Below, one piece after another: positions 29,368 to 39,371 of a stretch of 64,000 bases of DNA (positions within the stretch are counted from its first letter, which is position 1; the number at the start of each line of letters is the position of its first letter). The notes under the pieces are model-generated. The model had not been told where the DNA came from. It saw nothing but the letters and a program-made list of their open reading frames with translations, and did not search any database. The position numbers were made by a program, and so were the translations under genes. Source of the stretch: Vicinamibacteria bacterium (GTDB taxonomy: Bacteria; Acidobacteriota; Vicinamibacteria; Marinacidobacterales; Marinacidobacteraceae). The stretch covers positions 256,001 to 320,000 of the forward strand of contig CAXXLQ010000004.1 in the NCBI GenBank assembly GCA_963668695.2, given 5' to 3'.

Positions 29368-31428
29368 TTATCGGGAACTCTGGTCGGTGGAAGAGGTTTC
29401 GGGCTTCAGAAACCGGTCGAACCAGTCCAGGTAGCGCTCGTACCGGTCCTTCTGGAACGAGGGAAGCCGGATCCCGTGGCTCTGACCCGGGTAGATGATC
29501 AACTGGGTGGGCACCCCCAGCCGCCTGAGGCTCTGGTAGAGGTTTTCCGACTGGCTCAGCGGCACGTTCCAGTCCTTCTCGCCACAGAGGACGAGCGTCG
29601 GCGTTGTCACCTGATGGATGCGTGAGATGGGGGACAGGCGGTCGTAGAGCTCGGGGTTCTCCCAGGGAAGTCCGAGCTCCAGTTCCCATTCGAGCTGGTA
29701 ATGGTCGTTTCCGTAGGCGGCGCGGTATTCGGTTTCACTGGCGCCGCTGACCGCGGCGTGGAACCGGGTCGTCTTGGTGATCACGTAATTGGTGAGGATG
29801 CCGCCGTAACTCCATCCCCCGACCCCTAGGCGGTCCGGATCGGCCCAGCCGAGCCCGATCACATGGTCAACCGCGGCATTCACGTCCTCGTAGTCCAGGT
29901 TTCCCCAATCCGCCCAGATGGCGTGGGAGAACGCCTCTCCCCGGCCCGAAGAGCCACGCGGGTTGGCTGCCACCACGAGGTAGCCGTTCGCCGCGAACAA
30001 CTGCCAGGTGGACTGGAAGGAGGTCGAGAACTGGGAGACCGGCCCGCCGTGGATCCACAGGATCGTGGGATAACGCGTCCCCTCCTCGAACCCGGGAGGC
30101 TTCGTGACGAAGCCCTGGACTTCGGTCCCATCCGAACTGGGGAAGCTGATCCTCTCCACCTCGGCAAGCTGCACCGCGGCGACCAAGGCGTCGTTCTCCC
30201 GAGTCAGCCGCTGCGGATCGCCCCCCCGCGTCCAGCCGATCACCTCGGGCGGGCGATCGGTAGTCGCGGCCACTGCGACCACCCGGTCCCCGACCACGTC
30301 GATGTCCCGAACCACCCTTTCGCCCGCGATCAGGCGGTCCGCCGTCGCCTCCTCGGACAGGGAGAACGACGCCAGGTGCTGGTTACCCGAATCCTCGAGC
30401 AGGGCAAACACCGCGCTCCCGTCGCCACCGAAGCGGGGACTCGAAAGGTTCCGGTCGAGCGCGGCGGCAACGTGGACGATCTCATCCGTGGCCCGGTTCA
30501 GGACGTACAGATGCTCGGTGGCGTACCAGATCAGTTCGGGCTTCCGGTTCCCGGTATGGGCGAGCCAGCGCCCGTCGGGGCTGAACACCGGAGAGCGGTC
30601 CGGTCCCGGATTGCTCGTCAGCCGTACCGGCTCCGTGGTCCGGTCCCCGTCCCGCGGAACCAGGAAGATGTCCGAATTGTCCGTGGCGTCCGGATCTCCC
30701 GCGGGCGGGCGGACGCTCACGAACGCGATCTCCGTACTGTCCGGCGAAAACACCGGGGAGCCATCATCGTACGGGCCGAAGGTCCGTTGCGCGTGCGAAC
30801 CGTCGGAGGCGTCCACCACGTATAGGTGACGGCGGCGGTTGTCGAGATACCCCCGTCCGTCGCGCTTGAACTGCCGGCGGTCAATGACCAGAGGGGCCGG
30901 TTCCGGATCCTCCCCCTCCTCGGGCTCGTTCGGATCCGGGTCCATGGAAACCGCGGCCAGCGCGGTCCCGTCCGGCGCCCAGGAGAAGGAGGACACGCCG
31001 CCGGGGAGGTTCGACAGGACGCGCGCTTCGCCACCCGTGAGCGGCAGAAGCCATACCTGGGACCTGTCTCCGTCGCCCGAACTCAGCAAGGCCAGGTACG
31101 AGCCGTCCGGGCTGAACCGCGGATGGGAAGCGGAACGCCCGGCTCGGGTCAGCGGCGCCGTATCACCGCCCGCGAAGGGAACACCGTGAATTCGGCTCTC
31201 GGACTTGTTCCCATCGAGATCGATTCGGGACACCACGTAGACAACGAACGCGCCGTCCGGCGCGAGCTGGGGGTCGGAGACGGAGGCAACCCTGAGAGCG
31301 TCGTCAATCGTGAAGCTGCGCTGGGCGAAGGACGGCGCTGCAAGGTGCGCGGCGATGCCGAGAGCACTCGACACGACCCACAGCCGCGCGCGGCCGCGTC
31401 GAGGGATGTACTGGCTGGATGGGGTCAT
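29368..31428 (-). CDS. S9 family peptidase (acylaminoacyl/dipeptidyl aminopeptidase), secreted
   Basis: PD40-like propeller repeats, IHGGP, GWSYGG nucleophile, DWNVP and SHG; AGGAGGT RBS. Confidence 0.93.
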   Translation of the reverse strand: MTPSSQYIPRRGRARLWVVSSALGIAAHLAAPSFAQRSFTIDDALRVASVSDPQLAPDGAFVVYVVSRIDLDGNKSESRIHGVPFAGGDTAPLTRAGRSASHPRFSPDGSYLALLSSGDGDRSQVWLLPLTGGEARVLSNLPGGVSSFSWAPDGTALAAVSMDPDPNEPEEGEDPEPAPLVIDRRQFKRDGRGYLDNRRRHLYVVDASDGSHAQRTFGPYDDGSPVFSPDSTEIAFVSVRPPAGDPDATDNSDIFLVPRDGDRTTEPVRLTSNPGPDRSPVFSPDGRWLAHTGNRKPELIWYATEHLYVLNRATDEIVHVAAALDRNLSSPRFGGDGSAVFALLEDSGNQHLASFSLSEEATADRLIAGERVVRDIDVVGDRVVAVAATTDRPPEVIGWTRGGDPQRLTRENDALVAAVQLAEVERISFPSSDGTEVQGFVTKPPGFEEGTRYPTILWIHGGPVSQFSTSFQSTWQLFAANGYLVVAANPRGSSGRGEAFSHAIWADWGNLDYEDVNAAVDHVIGLGWADPDRLGVGGWSYGGILTNYVITKTTRFHAAVSGASETEYRAAYGNDHYQLEWELELGLPWENPELYDRLSPISRIHQVTTPTLVLCGEKDWNVPLSQSENLYQSLRRLGVPTQLIIYPGQSHGIRLPSFQKDRYERYLDWFDRFLKPETSSTDQSSR

Positions 31429-31562
31429 GCCGGACCTCCTGCGGGCCTCACAACCCGCGGACAAAGTCGAGCGACGGCACCCCGTGTTCCGGTTGGGGCG
31501 CAAGCGCTCACGCTACTTTATTCGCGGCCTCCGACGGGATGCCCCGGGAGCGGCTCGGAACC

Positions 31563-32609
31563 CTAACGATACGAGGCGACGACCTCGTCGAGAACCTCGG
31601 GGGGCGGACGAAGTTGTTCCTCGTTGAGCAGCGCGAGCGGCTCGTCGCACATTTCAAGGCTGTCGAGGAAGGTGCGCTTGGTGGTGTCGAGATAGAGCAG
31701 TCCGGTCAGGAAAAGGTTGTTGTCGTCGGCCTCTAGCAGGAGTTCCCGGGCGGCGCGCCGATCCGTCGGATCGTACTCTCGCTCCAACTTCCTGAGCCGA
31801 ACCCAGGATCCGTCGTGGAGCTGGACCTCCTGATCGGTCCCTTCCTCGTATTCGACTTCGATCTCATCCATCGCGGGCACAAAATCCACGATGTGGATCG
31901 GCTCTTCGTTGTCCTTGCCCCAGGTGTAGCTCTTGGTCGAGCCCGCGTGGTTGTTGAACGTGACGCAAGGACTCAGGATGTCAAGTACCGCCGTGCCGTT
32001 GTGGGCGAGCGCTCCACGCAGCAGGGCGACGAGCTGTTTCGGATCCCCCGCGAAGGAGCGGGCCACGTAGGTGGCTCCGAGCTCGATTGCCATGCCGCAC
32101 AGATCGATGCTGGGCAGCTTGTTCACCTCACCGGAACGGAGCGCCGCGTCTTCGTCGGCGGTCGCCGAGAACTGCCCCTTGGTCAGGCCGTACACCCCGT
32201 TGTTCTCGACGATGTAGATCAGGGGCAGGTTTCGCCGAACCAGGTGCACGAACTGGCCAATCCCGATTGAGGCGGTGTCGCCATCGCCGGACACCCCGAT
32301 CGCCACCAACTGGCGGTTGGCAAGCACCGCCCCGGTCGCGACCGACGGCATGCGCCCGTGGACCGCGTTGAAGCCGTGACTGTGATTCAGGAAGTACGCC
32401 GGCGTCTTGGAGGAGCAGCCGATTCCCGAGAGCTTGGCAACCTGGTGGGGACGAACGTCGGACTCGAACAACGCGCGAATCAACTGGCTGGAAATCGCAT
32501 CGTGGCCGCATCCCTTGCACAGGGTGGACGGCTTGCCCTTGTAGTCGGACGGCGTGAGACCCAACCGATTGACCCGGCGCGGTCGTGAAGAGGCATCTGG
32601 AGTAGGCAT
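31563..32609 (-). CDS. korB: 2-oxoacid:ferredoxin oxidoreductase beta subunit
   Basis: LCKGCGH, SGIGCS, GDGD TPP motif and NNGVYGLTKGQ. Confidence 0.93.
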   Translation of the reverse strand: MPTPDASSRPRRVNRLGLTPSDYKGKPSTLCKGCGHDAISSQLIRALFESDVRPHQVAKLSGIGCSSKTPAYFLNHSHGFNAVHGRMPSVATGAVLANRQLVAIGVSGDGDTASIGIGQFVHLVRRNLPLIYIVENNGVYGLTKGQFSATADEDAALRSGEVNKLPSIDLCGMAIELGATYVARSFAGDPKQLVALLRGALAHNGTAVLDILSPCVTFNNHAGSTKSYTWGKDNEEPIHIVDFVPAMDEIEVEYEEGTDQEVQLHDGSWVRLRKLEREYDPTDRRAARELLLEADDNNLFLTGLLYLDTTKRTFLDSLEMCDEPLALLNEEQLRPPPEVLDEVVASYR

Positions 32610-32627
32610 CAGGGGACTCCCGGTGCT

Positions 32628-32848
32628 AAGTAGCCTATGGGCAAAGTCGCTTGAGCGCAGAGAGCGGTGAGGCGGCCGGCTGACAAGGCGCGCGAGGGAG
32701 GAGCCCCCACCGGGAGAACTGGCCCGAGTGTATTTCGACCGAAGCGCAACGATGAGCGAAGCGCAGCGCCAGTTCTCCCGGTGGGGGGGCGGTTCAGCCG
32801 GGATGCATCGCCGCTTGAACGCCGCGTGACTTTGTCCATAGGCTGCTA
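32628..32848. mobile_element. MITE-like family A element between korA and korB
   Basis: GTAGCCTATGGGCAAAGTC ... GACTTTGTCCATAGGCTGC-TA; right end overlaps the korA stop. Confidence 0.8.
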
Positions 32849-34699
32849 AACGGCGCCGATCTCCATCTCGGTCACGTAGTCCACAATGGTTTGCGCATCC
32901 ATGGGGTGGCCGCTGAAGTGACGCAGGGTCCGAAGCACTCCCCGCGGAATCCGGTCGCCGTATTCGGCGCGCAGAAGCTGGAACATCTGTCCATCACGGT
33001 TCTGATCCAGGACCACGACTCGCTGCCGCGAGGTAATGAAGTCCAGCACCGATGGGGAGAACGGTAGCGCCCGGAGACGCAGGTAGTCCATTTCGATGGC
33101 CGCATCGTCCCGGAGCCGGGTCCGGGCTTCCTCGATGGCCGGATCGGACGAACCAAAGCCGATGATGCCGAGCGGGCTCGCGGAATCCAGCTGGTCCACA
33201 ACGGGCGCTGGAACCATCTCTCGGGCCGTTTCGAACTTCCGGTCGAGCCGGGTCATGATCCGGACGTACGCCTCTTCGCTCTCGGTGTATTCCGCGCTCT
33301 CGTCGTGTCCACTGCCCCTCGTGAAGTACGCGGCACCGGGGTGGTCCGTGCCGGGAAGCGTCCGATACGGGATCGCGTCGCCGTCCACATCCGCGTAGCG
33401 CTGGAAGGATCCCAGGCGTTCCAGATCCTCGCGGGTGAGGACCTTGCCGCGGTCCATCGGACGATCCGGATACTCGAAGGGCTCGGTACCCCAGATGTTC
33501 ATCCCGAGGTCCAGATCGGAGAGCACGAAAACAGGCGTCTGGAGCCGCTCGGCGAGATCAAAGGCCTTCCAGCCGAACTCGAAGCATTCCCGAGTCGAGG
33601 CAGGAATCAGGCAGACGTGTTTCGTGTCTCCGTGGGAGAGGGTGTAGGTGGAGAGAATGTCTCCCTGGGCCGTTCGCGTCGGCAGACCGGTCGAGGGGCC
33701 CACCCGCTGGATGTTCCAGATGACCAGGGGAATCTCGGCGTAGTAGCCGAGCCCGACGAACTCGGACATCAGAGAGATCCCCGGGCCCGAAGTGGCGGTC
33801 ATGGCCCGGGTTCCGGCCCAGCCGGCGGCAAGCGCCATCCCGACGGCCGCCAATTCGTCCTCGGCCTGAACAACCGCGTACGTCGCCTTGCCGTCCGAGT
33901 CCTTCCGGTAACGCTTGAGGAATCCCGTGAGCTGTTCGACGACGCTGGAAGAGGGAGTGATGGGATACCAGGTCGCGACGCTCACTCCACCAAACATGGC
34001 GCCGAGCGCGGCTGCGGCGTTTCCGTCGATGAGGATCTTGCCGCGGTTCTTGTCCATGCGCTCGAGAGTGAAGCGATCCCGCTTGACCAGGTTCTCGCGG
34101 GCGTGGCGGATTCCAATCTCCACCGCCCGGCGGTTCAACTCGACCGCCGCCTTCTTGCGCCGGAACTGGCTGTCTATGGCTCCGAAAATCTCCTCGATGT
34201 CGATCGAAAGGAGTTCTGCCAGCAATCCGACATAAATCATGTTCGCGAGGAGCTTGCGCAATCGAACTTCGCGGGTCACTTCCGCGGCCAGCTCCTGAAA
34301 GGGCGCCGGGTAGAACACCAGGTCGTCGCGGCGGCGCTCCAGGCGCAGGCTTTGTTCGTAGACCACGGCGCTGCCAGGGCTCAGGGACTCGACATCCCGG
34401 ATAGCGGTCTGGGGATTGAGCGCGACCAGGTACTCCACGTTCCGCTTCCGGGCAATCCAGCCGTCCCGGTTCGCGCGAATCGTGAACCAGGTCGGCAATC
34501 CCGCGATGTTGGACGGGAACAGGTTCTTTCCGCCGACCGGAATTCCCATGCGGAACAGCGCCCTGAGCAGGACGAGGTTTGCCGACTGGCTTCCGGAGCC
34601 GTTTACGGTGGCGACCTGGATGGTCAGGTCGTTGACGATGCGCTCTGGCTCGACCTCGCTGGGAGCAACTTCTTCAGCGAGCGCCGTTTTATTGGACAT
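32846..34699 (-). CDS. korA: 2-oxoacid:ferredoxin oxidoreductase alpha subunit
   Basis: YPITPSS, QAEDE, TATSGPGISL and QRVGPSTGLPT. Confidence 0.94.
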   Translation of the reverse strand: MSNKTALAEEVAPSEVEPERIVNDLTIQVATVNGSGSQSANLVLLRALFRMGIPVGGKNLFPSNIAGLPTWFTIRANRDGWIARKRNVEYLVALNPQTAIRDVESLSPGSAVVYEQSLRLERRRDDLVFYPAPFQELAAEVTREVRLRKLLANMIYVGLLAELLSIDIEEIFGAIDSQFRRKKAAVELNRRAVEIGIRHARENLVKRDRFTLERMDKNRGKILIDGNAAAALGAMFGGVSVATWYPITPSSSVVEQLTGFLKRYRKDSDGKATYAVVQAEDELAAVGMALAAGWAGTRAMTATSGPGISLMSEFVGLGYYAEIPLVIWNIQRVGPSTGLPTRTAQGDILSTYTLSHGDTKHVCLIPASTRECFEFGWKAFDLAERLQTPVFVLSDLDLGMNIWGTEPFEYPDRPMDRGKVLTREDLERLGSFQRYADVDGDAIPYRTLPGTDHPGAAYFTRGSGHDESAEYTESEEAYVRIMTRLDRKFETAREMVPAPVVDQLDSASPLGIIGFGSSDPAIEEARTRLRDDAAIEMDYLRLRALPFSPSVLDFITSRQRVVVLDQNRDGQMFQLLRAEYGDRIPRGVLRTLRHFSGHPMDAQTIVDYVTEMEIGAV

Positions 34700-34954
34700 C
34701 AGGCGATTCTTCGGGACAAGAGCCGCTTCACGGTTCGGGCAGGGGGACGGCGAGACTTTGCTTTGGGGAATCCACGCAGGCTCCCGGGAAACCGAACAAC
34801 CAACGGGGTCGTGTGCCGGAGCGTTGCCGCATCCGGGCGCACCCCGGAGGTGCGGCAGTGTATCCCAATCTCAACCCTGAATTCAGAAAACTGGAGGCCG
34901 GGCGGACTGGAACTCTGAGGGGCACTAGACTTCCTTCTCCCGGGGAACGAACGG

Positions 34955-35779
34955 ATGCGACCCACCTGGCAGGGCAACCTCAAGTTGGCCCTCGTGCTCG
35001 TACCGGTGCGAGCCTACCCGGCGGCCCGCACGAGAACCGTCGCGATGAACCAGTTGCACAAGGAGTGCAAGGCTCGGGTGCGGTTGCAGAAGCGCTGCAC
35101 CTCCTGTGATCAGGATCTCGAACGGGACGAGATCGTTCGCGGTTATGAGTTCGCGAAGGACCAGTACGTGCTGATCCAGGAAGAGGACCTTTCCGCTCTG
35201 CAGCTCCCCTCACACAGAACCCTGGACATCGTCCAGTTCGTCGAGGAATCGGAGATCAATCCGCTCTACTACCACGGCTCCTACTACCTGGCGCCGGCGG
35301 GTGAGGTCGCGGCCGGGCCCTTCCACACCATCCTCAAAGCGATGCAGACGTCGAAGCGGGTAGCCATCGCCCAGGTCGTGCTCAGCGGCAAGGAAAAGGT
35401 GGTGGCGATTCGGCCCTCGGAAGGCGTGTTCGTGATGTCCTTCCTGCACTATGAGGACGAGGTGCGGCAGGTGCCTGATATCGACGACCTGCCGGCGGCG
35501 AGGGAACCAAACGGCGCGGAGACCGCGATGGCCCGGCAGCTGCTGGACTCCTATGCGCGGCCGTTTGACCTGAGCGCGTTCGAGGACGGCTATCGAAAGC
35601 GCTTCCTGGAGATCGTGGAGGCCAAGAGTCGCGGTCAGGAACTGGTCACCACTCCAAGCGTCGAGCCGCGTCGGGTTGTCAACCTCATGGATGCCTTGAA
35701 ATCGAGCCTCGCGAGGATCGAGGCCGAGGGATTGGGCGAAGGTGATCCGGCGCTCGGCGAGGAGCGGCGGGCAAGCTGA
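34955..35779 (+). CDS. ku: Non-homologous end-joining protein Ku
   Basis: MRPTWQGNLKLALV, EIVRGYE, SYYLAP and VNLMDALKSSL. Confidence 0.93.
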   Translation: MRPTWQGNLKLALVLVPVRAYPAARTRTVAMNQLHKECKARVRLQKRCTSCDQDLERDEIVRGYEFAKDQYVLIQEEDLSALQLPSHRTLDIVQFVEESEINPLYYHGSYYLAPAGEVAAGPFHTILKAMQTSKRVAIAQVVLSGKEKVVAIRPSEGVFVMSFLHYEDEVRQVPDIDDLPAAREPNGAETAMARQLLDSYARPFDLSAFEDGYRKRFLEIVEAKSRGQELVTTPSVEPRRVVNLMDALKSSLARIEAEGLGEGDPALGEERRAS

Positions 35780-35868
35780 CCGACTCGAATCCCGAAACCC
35801 GGGACGCGGATTGGCCCGCGCCCTCGGAAGGTCAGCCAATACTCCCGCCCGAATGGCTCGCGCGGGGA

Positions 35869-36810
35869 GTGAAGCCCATGCTCGCCGGTGTGGGCCGTCC
35901 GTTCGATTCGCCGGATCACCTCTTTGACGCCAAGTGGGATGGCCTACGTTCGATCGCGTTCTTCGGGCCGGTGGTCCGGCTCCAGGCGCGAAGTCTCCGG
36001 GACCAGACCCGACAGTTCCCGGAACTCGCGGCGGCCCTTTCCGAACTTCCCGGGGCCGGGGTCATCGACGGGGAGATCGTGGTCATGGACGGGGACCGCT
36101 CCAGCTTTCCGCTGGTCATGGAGCGCAATCGGCTGCGGTCGGAGACCGCGATTCGGCGCGCCGCGACAAATGCCCCCGCGTGGTTCGTCGCCTTCGATCT
36201 GCTCCATCGTGACGGCAGACGGCTTACCGCCGCCCCCCTTGTCGGACGACGGCGGGCCTTGCGCGCTCTGCTTCCCGGTGCCGGAGGGCGGATCTTCGCG
36301 AATCCGCTCGTGGTCGGCGACGGTCTCCGCTTCTTCGCCGCGATGCGCGAGCGGAGTATGGAAGGGATGGTCGCCAAGCGGCTCCAAAGTGCGTACCGCA
36401 TCGGCGAGCGCAGCGAAGACTGGCTGAAGATCAAGATCCGTCCGCGACTGAGTTGTGTGGTCTTCGGCACCCTGCACCGGACACCGGGAGGGCCGGTGCG
36501 TTCGCTGGTGGTGGGGGCGTTCGGGCCGGAGGGGCCGGTATGGCTCGGGAATGTGGGTAGCGGACTCGACGACGCTACCCGGATGGAGCTGGCGCGGCAG
36601 CTCGACAGCCTCGAATGCCCCCCTCCCCCTGGTTTCGATCCCACCGGGGAGGGGCACATCCGTTACGTGAGACCCCTCCTGGTGGCCTCAGTCGAGTACC
36701 TCGAGCTGACCCCGGCAGGGCACCTCCGCCATCCCGCCTTCATGGGGTTCGAAGATCGAGACCCGCGCTCGTGCCGCGTGCCGGTCACAGCACGTCCAGC
36801 AGATCCCTGA
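35869..36810 (+). CDS. ligD: ATP-dependent DNA ligase (LigD/LigC ligase domain only)
   Basis: KPMLA, KWDG adenylation motif, DGEIV, EGMVAKR, WLKIK and LRHP; adjacent to ku. Confidence 0.88.
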   Translation: MKPMLAGVGRPFDSPDHLFDAKWDGLRSIAFFGPVVRLQARSLRDQTRQFPELAAALSELPGAGVIDGEIVVMDGDRSSFPLVMERNRLRSETAIRRAATNAPAWFVAFDLLHRDGRRLTAAPLVGRRRALRALLPGAGGRIFANPLVVGDGLRFFAAMRERSMEGMVAKRLQSAYRIGERSEDWLKIKIRPRLSCVVFGTLHRTPGGPVRSLVVGAFGPEGPVWLGNVGSGLDDATRMELARQLDSLECPPPPGFDPTGEGHIRYVRPLLVASVEYLELTPAGHLRHPAFMGFEDRDPRSCRVPVTARPADP

Positions 36811-37372
36811 TGATGCGGGCCGTCAGGCCCCAGATGTCGTAGTCGCGGTAGTGGTACCGAAAGACAACACGGGATCTACCGACCGCACCCCCGACCATTG
36901 CAGTGCGCTGAACCTCGGTGGTCTCGCACCCGGGAAGCAGGAGCGTCCGTAACGGAACCTCGAAGACCGCGTCCACTTCGGGGCCAGTTCGAAGGACGGC
37001 CGAGGAAGGGATCGCGACTACGAAGGGGACCAGCCGAAACCCCTCCACGGTGAGTCGATCGTCGAGCCTGCCGAGAACCCGCACCTCGGCAGGATCGAGC
37101 CCGATTTCCTCACGCCCCTCCCGCAGGGCAGCCGCCAATTCGGATGGATCCTCGGGATCGATCATTCCTCCGGGGAACGCGATATCTCCCGGCTGGCGGC
37201 GAAGATCCGACGCGCGCCGGGTAAGCACCAGCCCGTAATCGCCTTCTCGGGGGACCAGCGGAACAAGCACCGCTGCCGCCCGCGACGTCCCTTCGAAGCG
37301 CCTCGGAGAACGAAGCGCGAGGCGGGAAGCGATCCGGTCGGGAAGGGTCTGGGTTTCGATTGTGGGGGGCAA
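36785..37372 (-). CDS. Nudix hydrolase, CoA pyrophosphatase-like
   Basis: AAVLVPL, FPGG...AALREGREEIG Nudix box and IWGLTA. Confidence 0.88.
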   Translation of the reverse strand: MPPTIETQTLPDRIASRLALRSPRRFEGTSRAAAVLVPLVPREGDYGLVLTRRASDLRRQPGDIAFPGGMIDPEDPSELAAALREGREEIGLDPAEVRVLGRLDDRLTVEGFRLVPFVVAIPSSAVLRTGPEVDAVFEVPLRTLLLPGCETTEVQRTAMVGGAVGRSRVVFRYHYRDYDIWGLTARIIRDLLDVL

Positions 37373-37415
37373 GCTTCCGCGCGGCGAGGCAGCGAGAGGT
37401 CAATATACTCGCCGC

Positions 37416-37898
37416 GTGTCGGAGCGTTTCCTGGTACGAGCGGCCATAGTCGCCAGCCTCCTGATCTTCGGCGGGACGGCCTACGGGCAACCCATGATCC
37501 AGGTCGGCTCGGGCGGAGAATCAAGGGGCGAGAGGGAGGAATGGGTTTTCGGCGCCGGCTACAACTTCGATTTCCCGCTGCTTCCCTTCGAAGTCGGTGG
37601 CCTGATTCAGAGCGGAACGGGTGTCGAAACCGAGGAGTCAGGCCGCGAATTCCCGGTGCGGGCCTTCGTCACGGGAAGAATGGGAATGCTGCCCCTTCCG
37701 GGATTCAGCGTCTACCTGGGCGGAGGAGCGGGAATCGCAATCCGGCTGGGCGGTGATGCCGAGACCGAAGCGGCGCCCGCCGGAATGGCGTTCGGCGGAT
37801 TCGAGGTCGGGAGGCTCCATCTGGAACTTCAACTACAAAGAGAGTTTCACGAGGAACCCGTGAACCGATGGGTTACGGCCATCGGGGTTACGTTCTGA
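37416..37898 (+). CDS. Hypothetical secreted protein, probable small outer-membrane beta-barrel
   Basis: Signal peptide, alternating beta-strand pattern and terminal GVTF; TATACT 6 nt upstream of the GTG suggests leaderless transcription. Confidence 0.65.
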   Translation: MSERFLVRAAIVASLLIFGGTAYGQPMIQVGSGGESRGEREEWVFGAGYNFDFPLLPFEVGGLIQSGTGVETEESGREFPVRAFVTGRMGMLPLPGFSVYLGGGAGIAIRLGGDAETEAAPAGMAFGGFEVGRLHLELQLQREFHEEPVNRWVTAIGVTF

Positions 37899-38902
37899 GC
37901 GAATCCGTCACGTTTTCCGCGCCGACGCGGGTGGATCTGGCGGGCGGCACTCTCGACATCTGGCCGGTGGGCCTGCTGGTGCCTCGCGCCGCAACCGTCA
38001 ACGTAGCCATCAGCCTCCGGGCTCGCGCCACGGTCACTCGGGGACCCCGATACCGGGTGGTGAACCAGCAGCGCGGACTTGAGCTGTCCGCCGATTCGCC
38101 AGAGGCGTTCTTTCGCCACCCGTTCGCTGCAGTGGCTGGCCGGCTCCTGGATTTCTTCCGGCATTCCGGTCCTTTCGAAGTCCATTTCGAGACCTCGGCT
38201 CCGCCGGGCTCGGGCCTCGGAGGATCATCCTCGCTGGGCATGGCGATCGCGGGCGCCCTGAACCGGATCTGCGATACCCGTTGGACCATCCCGCAACTCG
38301 TCCGGATCGTGATGGACGCCGAAGTCCGGATTCTGAGGACCGCCACCGGAGCCCAGGATCAGTTTGCCGCCGGGCTCGGAGGAGCGCGGGTGCATCACTG
38401 GGAGAGTCCGGAGCCCCGATCCGAACCCCTTCCCTGGCTCGACGGCGGAACCGATCCCCTCGAAGACCGGTTCGTCCTGGTGTTCACCGGCGAAGCGCAT
38501 TCTTCTGCAGATCCCAACGGAAGTGTGCTGGAACGAATCTTCGCCGGGGAGCCCGCCGCGGTCCGAGGCATCGAGGTGATCGCGGAAGCGGCCTTCGGAA
38601 TGCGGGCCGCACTGCTCAGGCGGGACTGGGACCAGGTCGCGGAAATGCTCGGCCTCGAGTGGGGCGCCCGGCGAGCACTGTCGGAAATGGTGACCACCGC
38701 GACGATCGAGCGTCTGAGCGGCGCGATGCTGCAAGCAGGAGCCCGAGCAGTCAAGGCATGCGGCGCCGGCGGCGGAGGAACCATGATCGCCATCGCTCCC
38801 CCCGAGAAACGGTCAGCCGTCGCGGCCGCTGCTCGCGCCGCCGGAGGTGAGGTTCTGAAGGCGGCCAGCGATCCCGTGGGACTGCGCTGTGAGTCGTCGT
38901 AA
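37868..38902 (+). CDS. GHMP kinase (HddA-like sugar kinase)
   Basis: APTRVDLAGGTLD, PPGSGLGGSS, GAQDQ and GAGGGG; start uncertain. Confidence 0.85.
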   Translation: MGYGHRGYVLSESVTFSAPTRVDLAGGTLDIWPVGLLVPRAATVNVAISLRARATVTRGPRYRVVNQQRGLELSADSPEAFFRHPFAAVAGRLLDFFRHSGPFEVHFETSAPPGSGLGGSSSLGMAIAGALNRICDTRWTIPQLVRIVMDAEVRILRTATGAQDQFAAGLGGARVHHWESPEPRSEPLPWLDGGTDPLEDRFVLVFTGEAHSSADPNGSVLERIFAGEPAAVRGIEVIAEAAFGMRAALLRRDWDQVAEMLGLEWGARRALSEMVTTATIERLSGAMLQAGARAVKACGAGGGGTMIAIAPPEKRSAVAAAARAAGGEVLKAASDPVGLRCESS

Positions 38903-39210
38903 TGGAACCTGCCGAACATGCCGTCTGCGGCCTCGCCGAGCTCAAGACGGAATCCGCGATCGCCGTCGATGTGGGCGACCAGCGGATCGCCGTCTACTGG
39001 TACGAGAACCGCATCTACGCTCTGAGCGAGACCTGTCCCCATCGGGGCGGCCCGCTTCACCTTGGCCGCGTCAAGAACGGCATCGTTATCTGCCCGTGGC
39101 ACCTGTGGCAGTTTGATCTCATCACCGGCTGCTCTCCGGTGAACCCGAACTCCTGCGTTCCCACCTACCCGGTCCGCATCGAGAACGGGATGGTGCTGGT
39201 GCAGGTCTAG
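38902..39210 (+). CDS. Rieske (2Fe-2S) ferredoxin
   Basis: CPH ... CPWH ligands. Confidence 0.9.
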   Translation: MEPAEHAVCGLAELKTESAIAVDVGDQRIAVYWYENRIYALSETCPHRGGPLHLGRVKNGIVICPWHLWQFDLITGCSPVNPNSCVPTYPVRIENGMVLVQV

Positions 39211-39371
39211 GACACCGAACCGCGGACACCGAACCGCGGACTCAACCGCGAGCCGGAAGCAGCGGGAACGATCCAGTCCGTCCCGGCGCCGTCCTCCGGT
39301 AGCGGACGAGACCTGGTTCACGCGTGGGCCTCGTGAAAGTCGCTCGAAGGCGCCCCCTGACGCGAGCAAGA

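Noticed and set aside
39210-39250. 14-bp direct repeat GGACACCGAACCGC after the Rieske gene
   Set aside because: About 2.5 copies only; most likely local slippage with no evidence of function.
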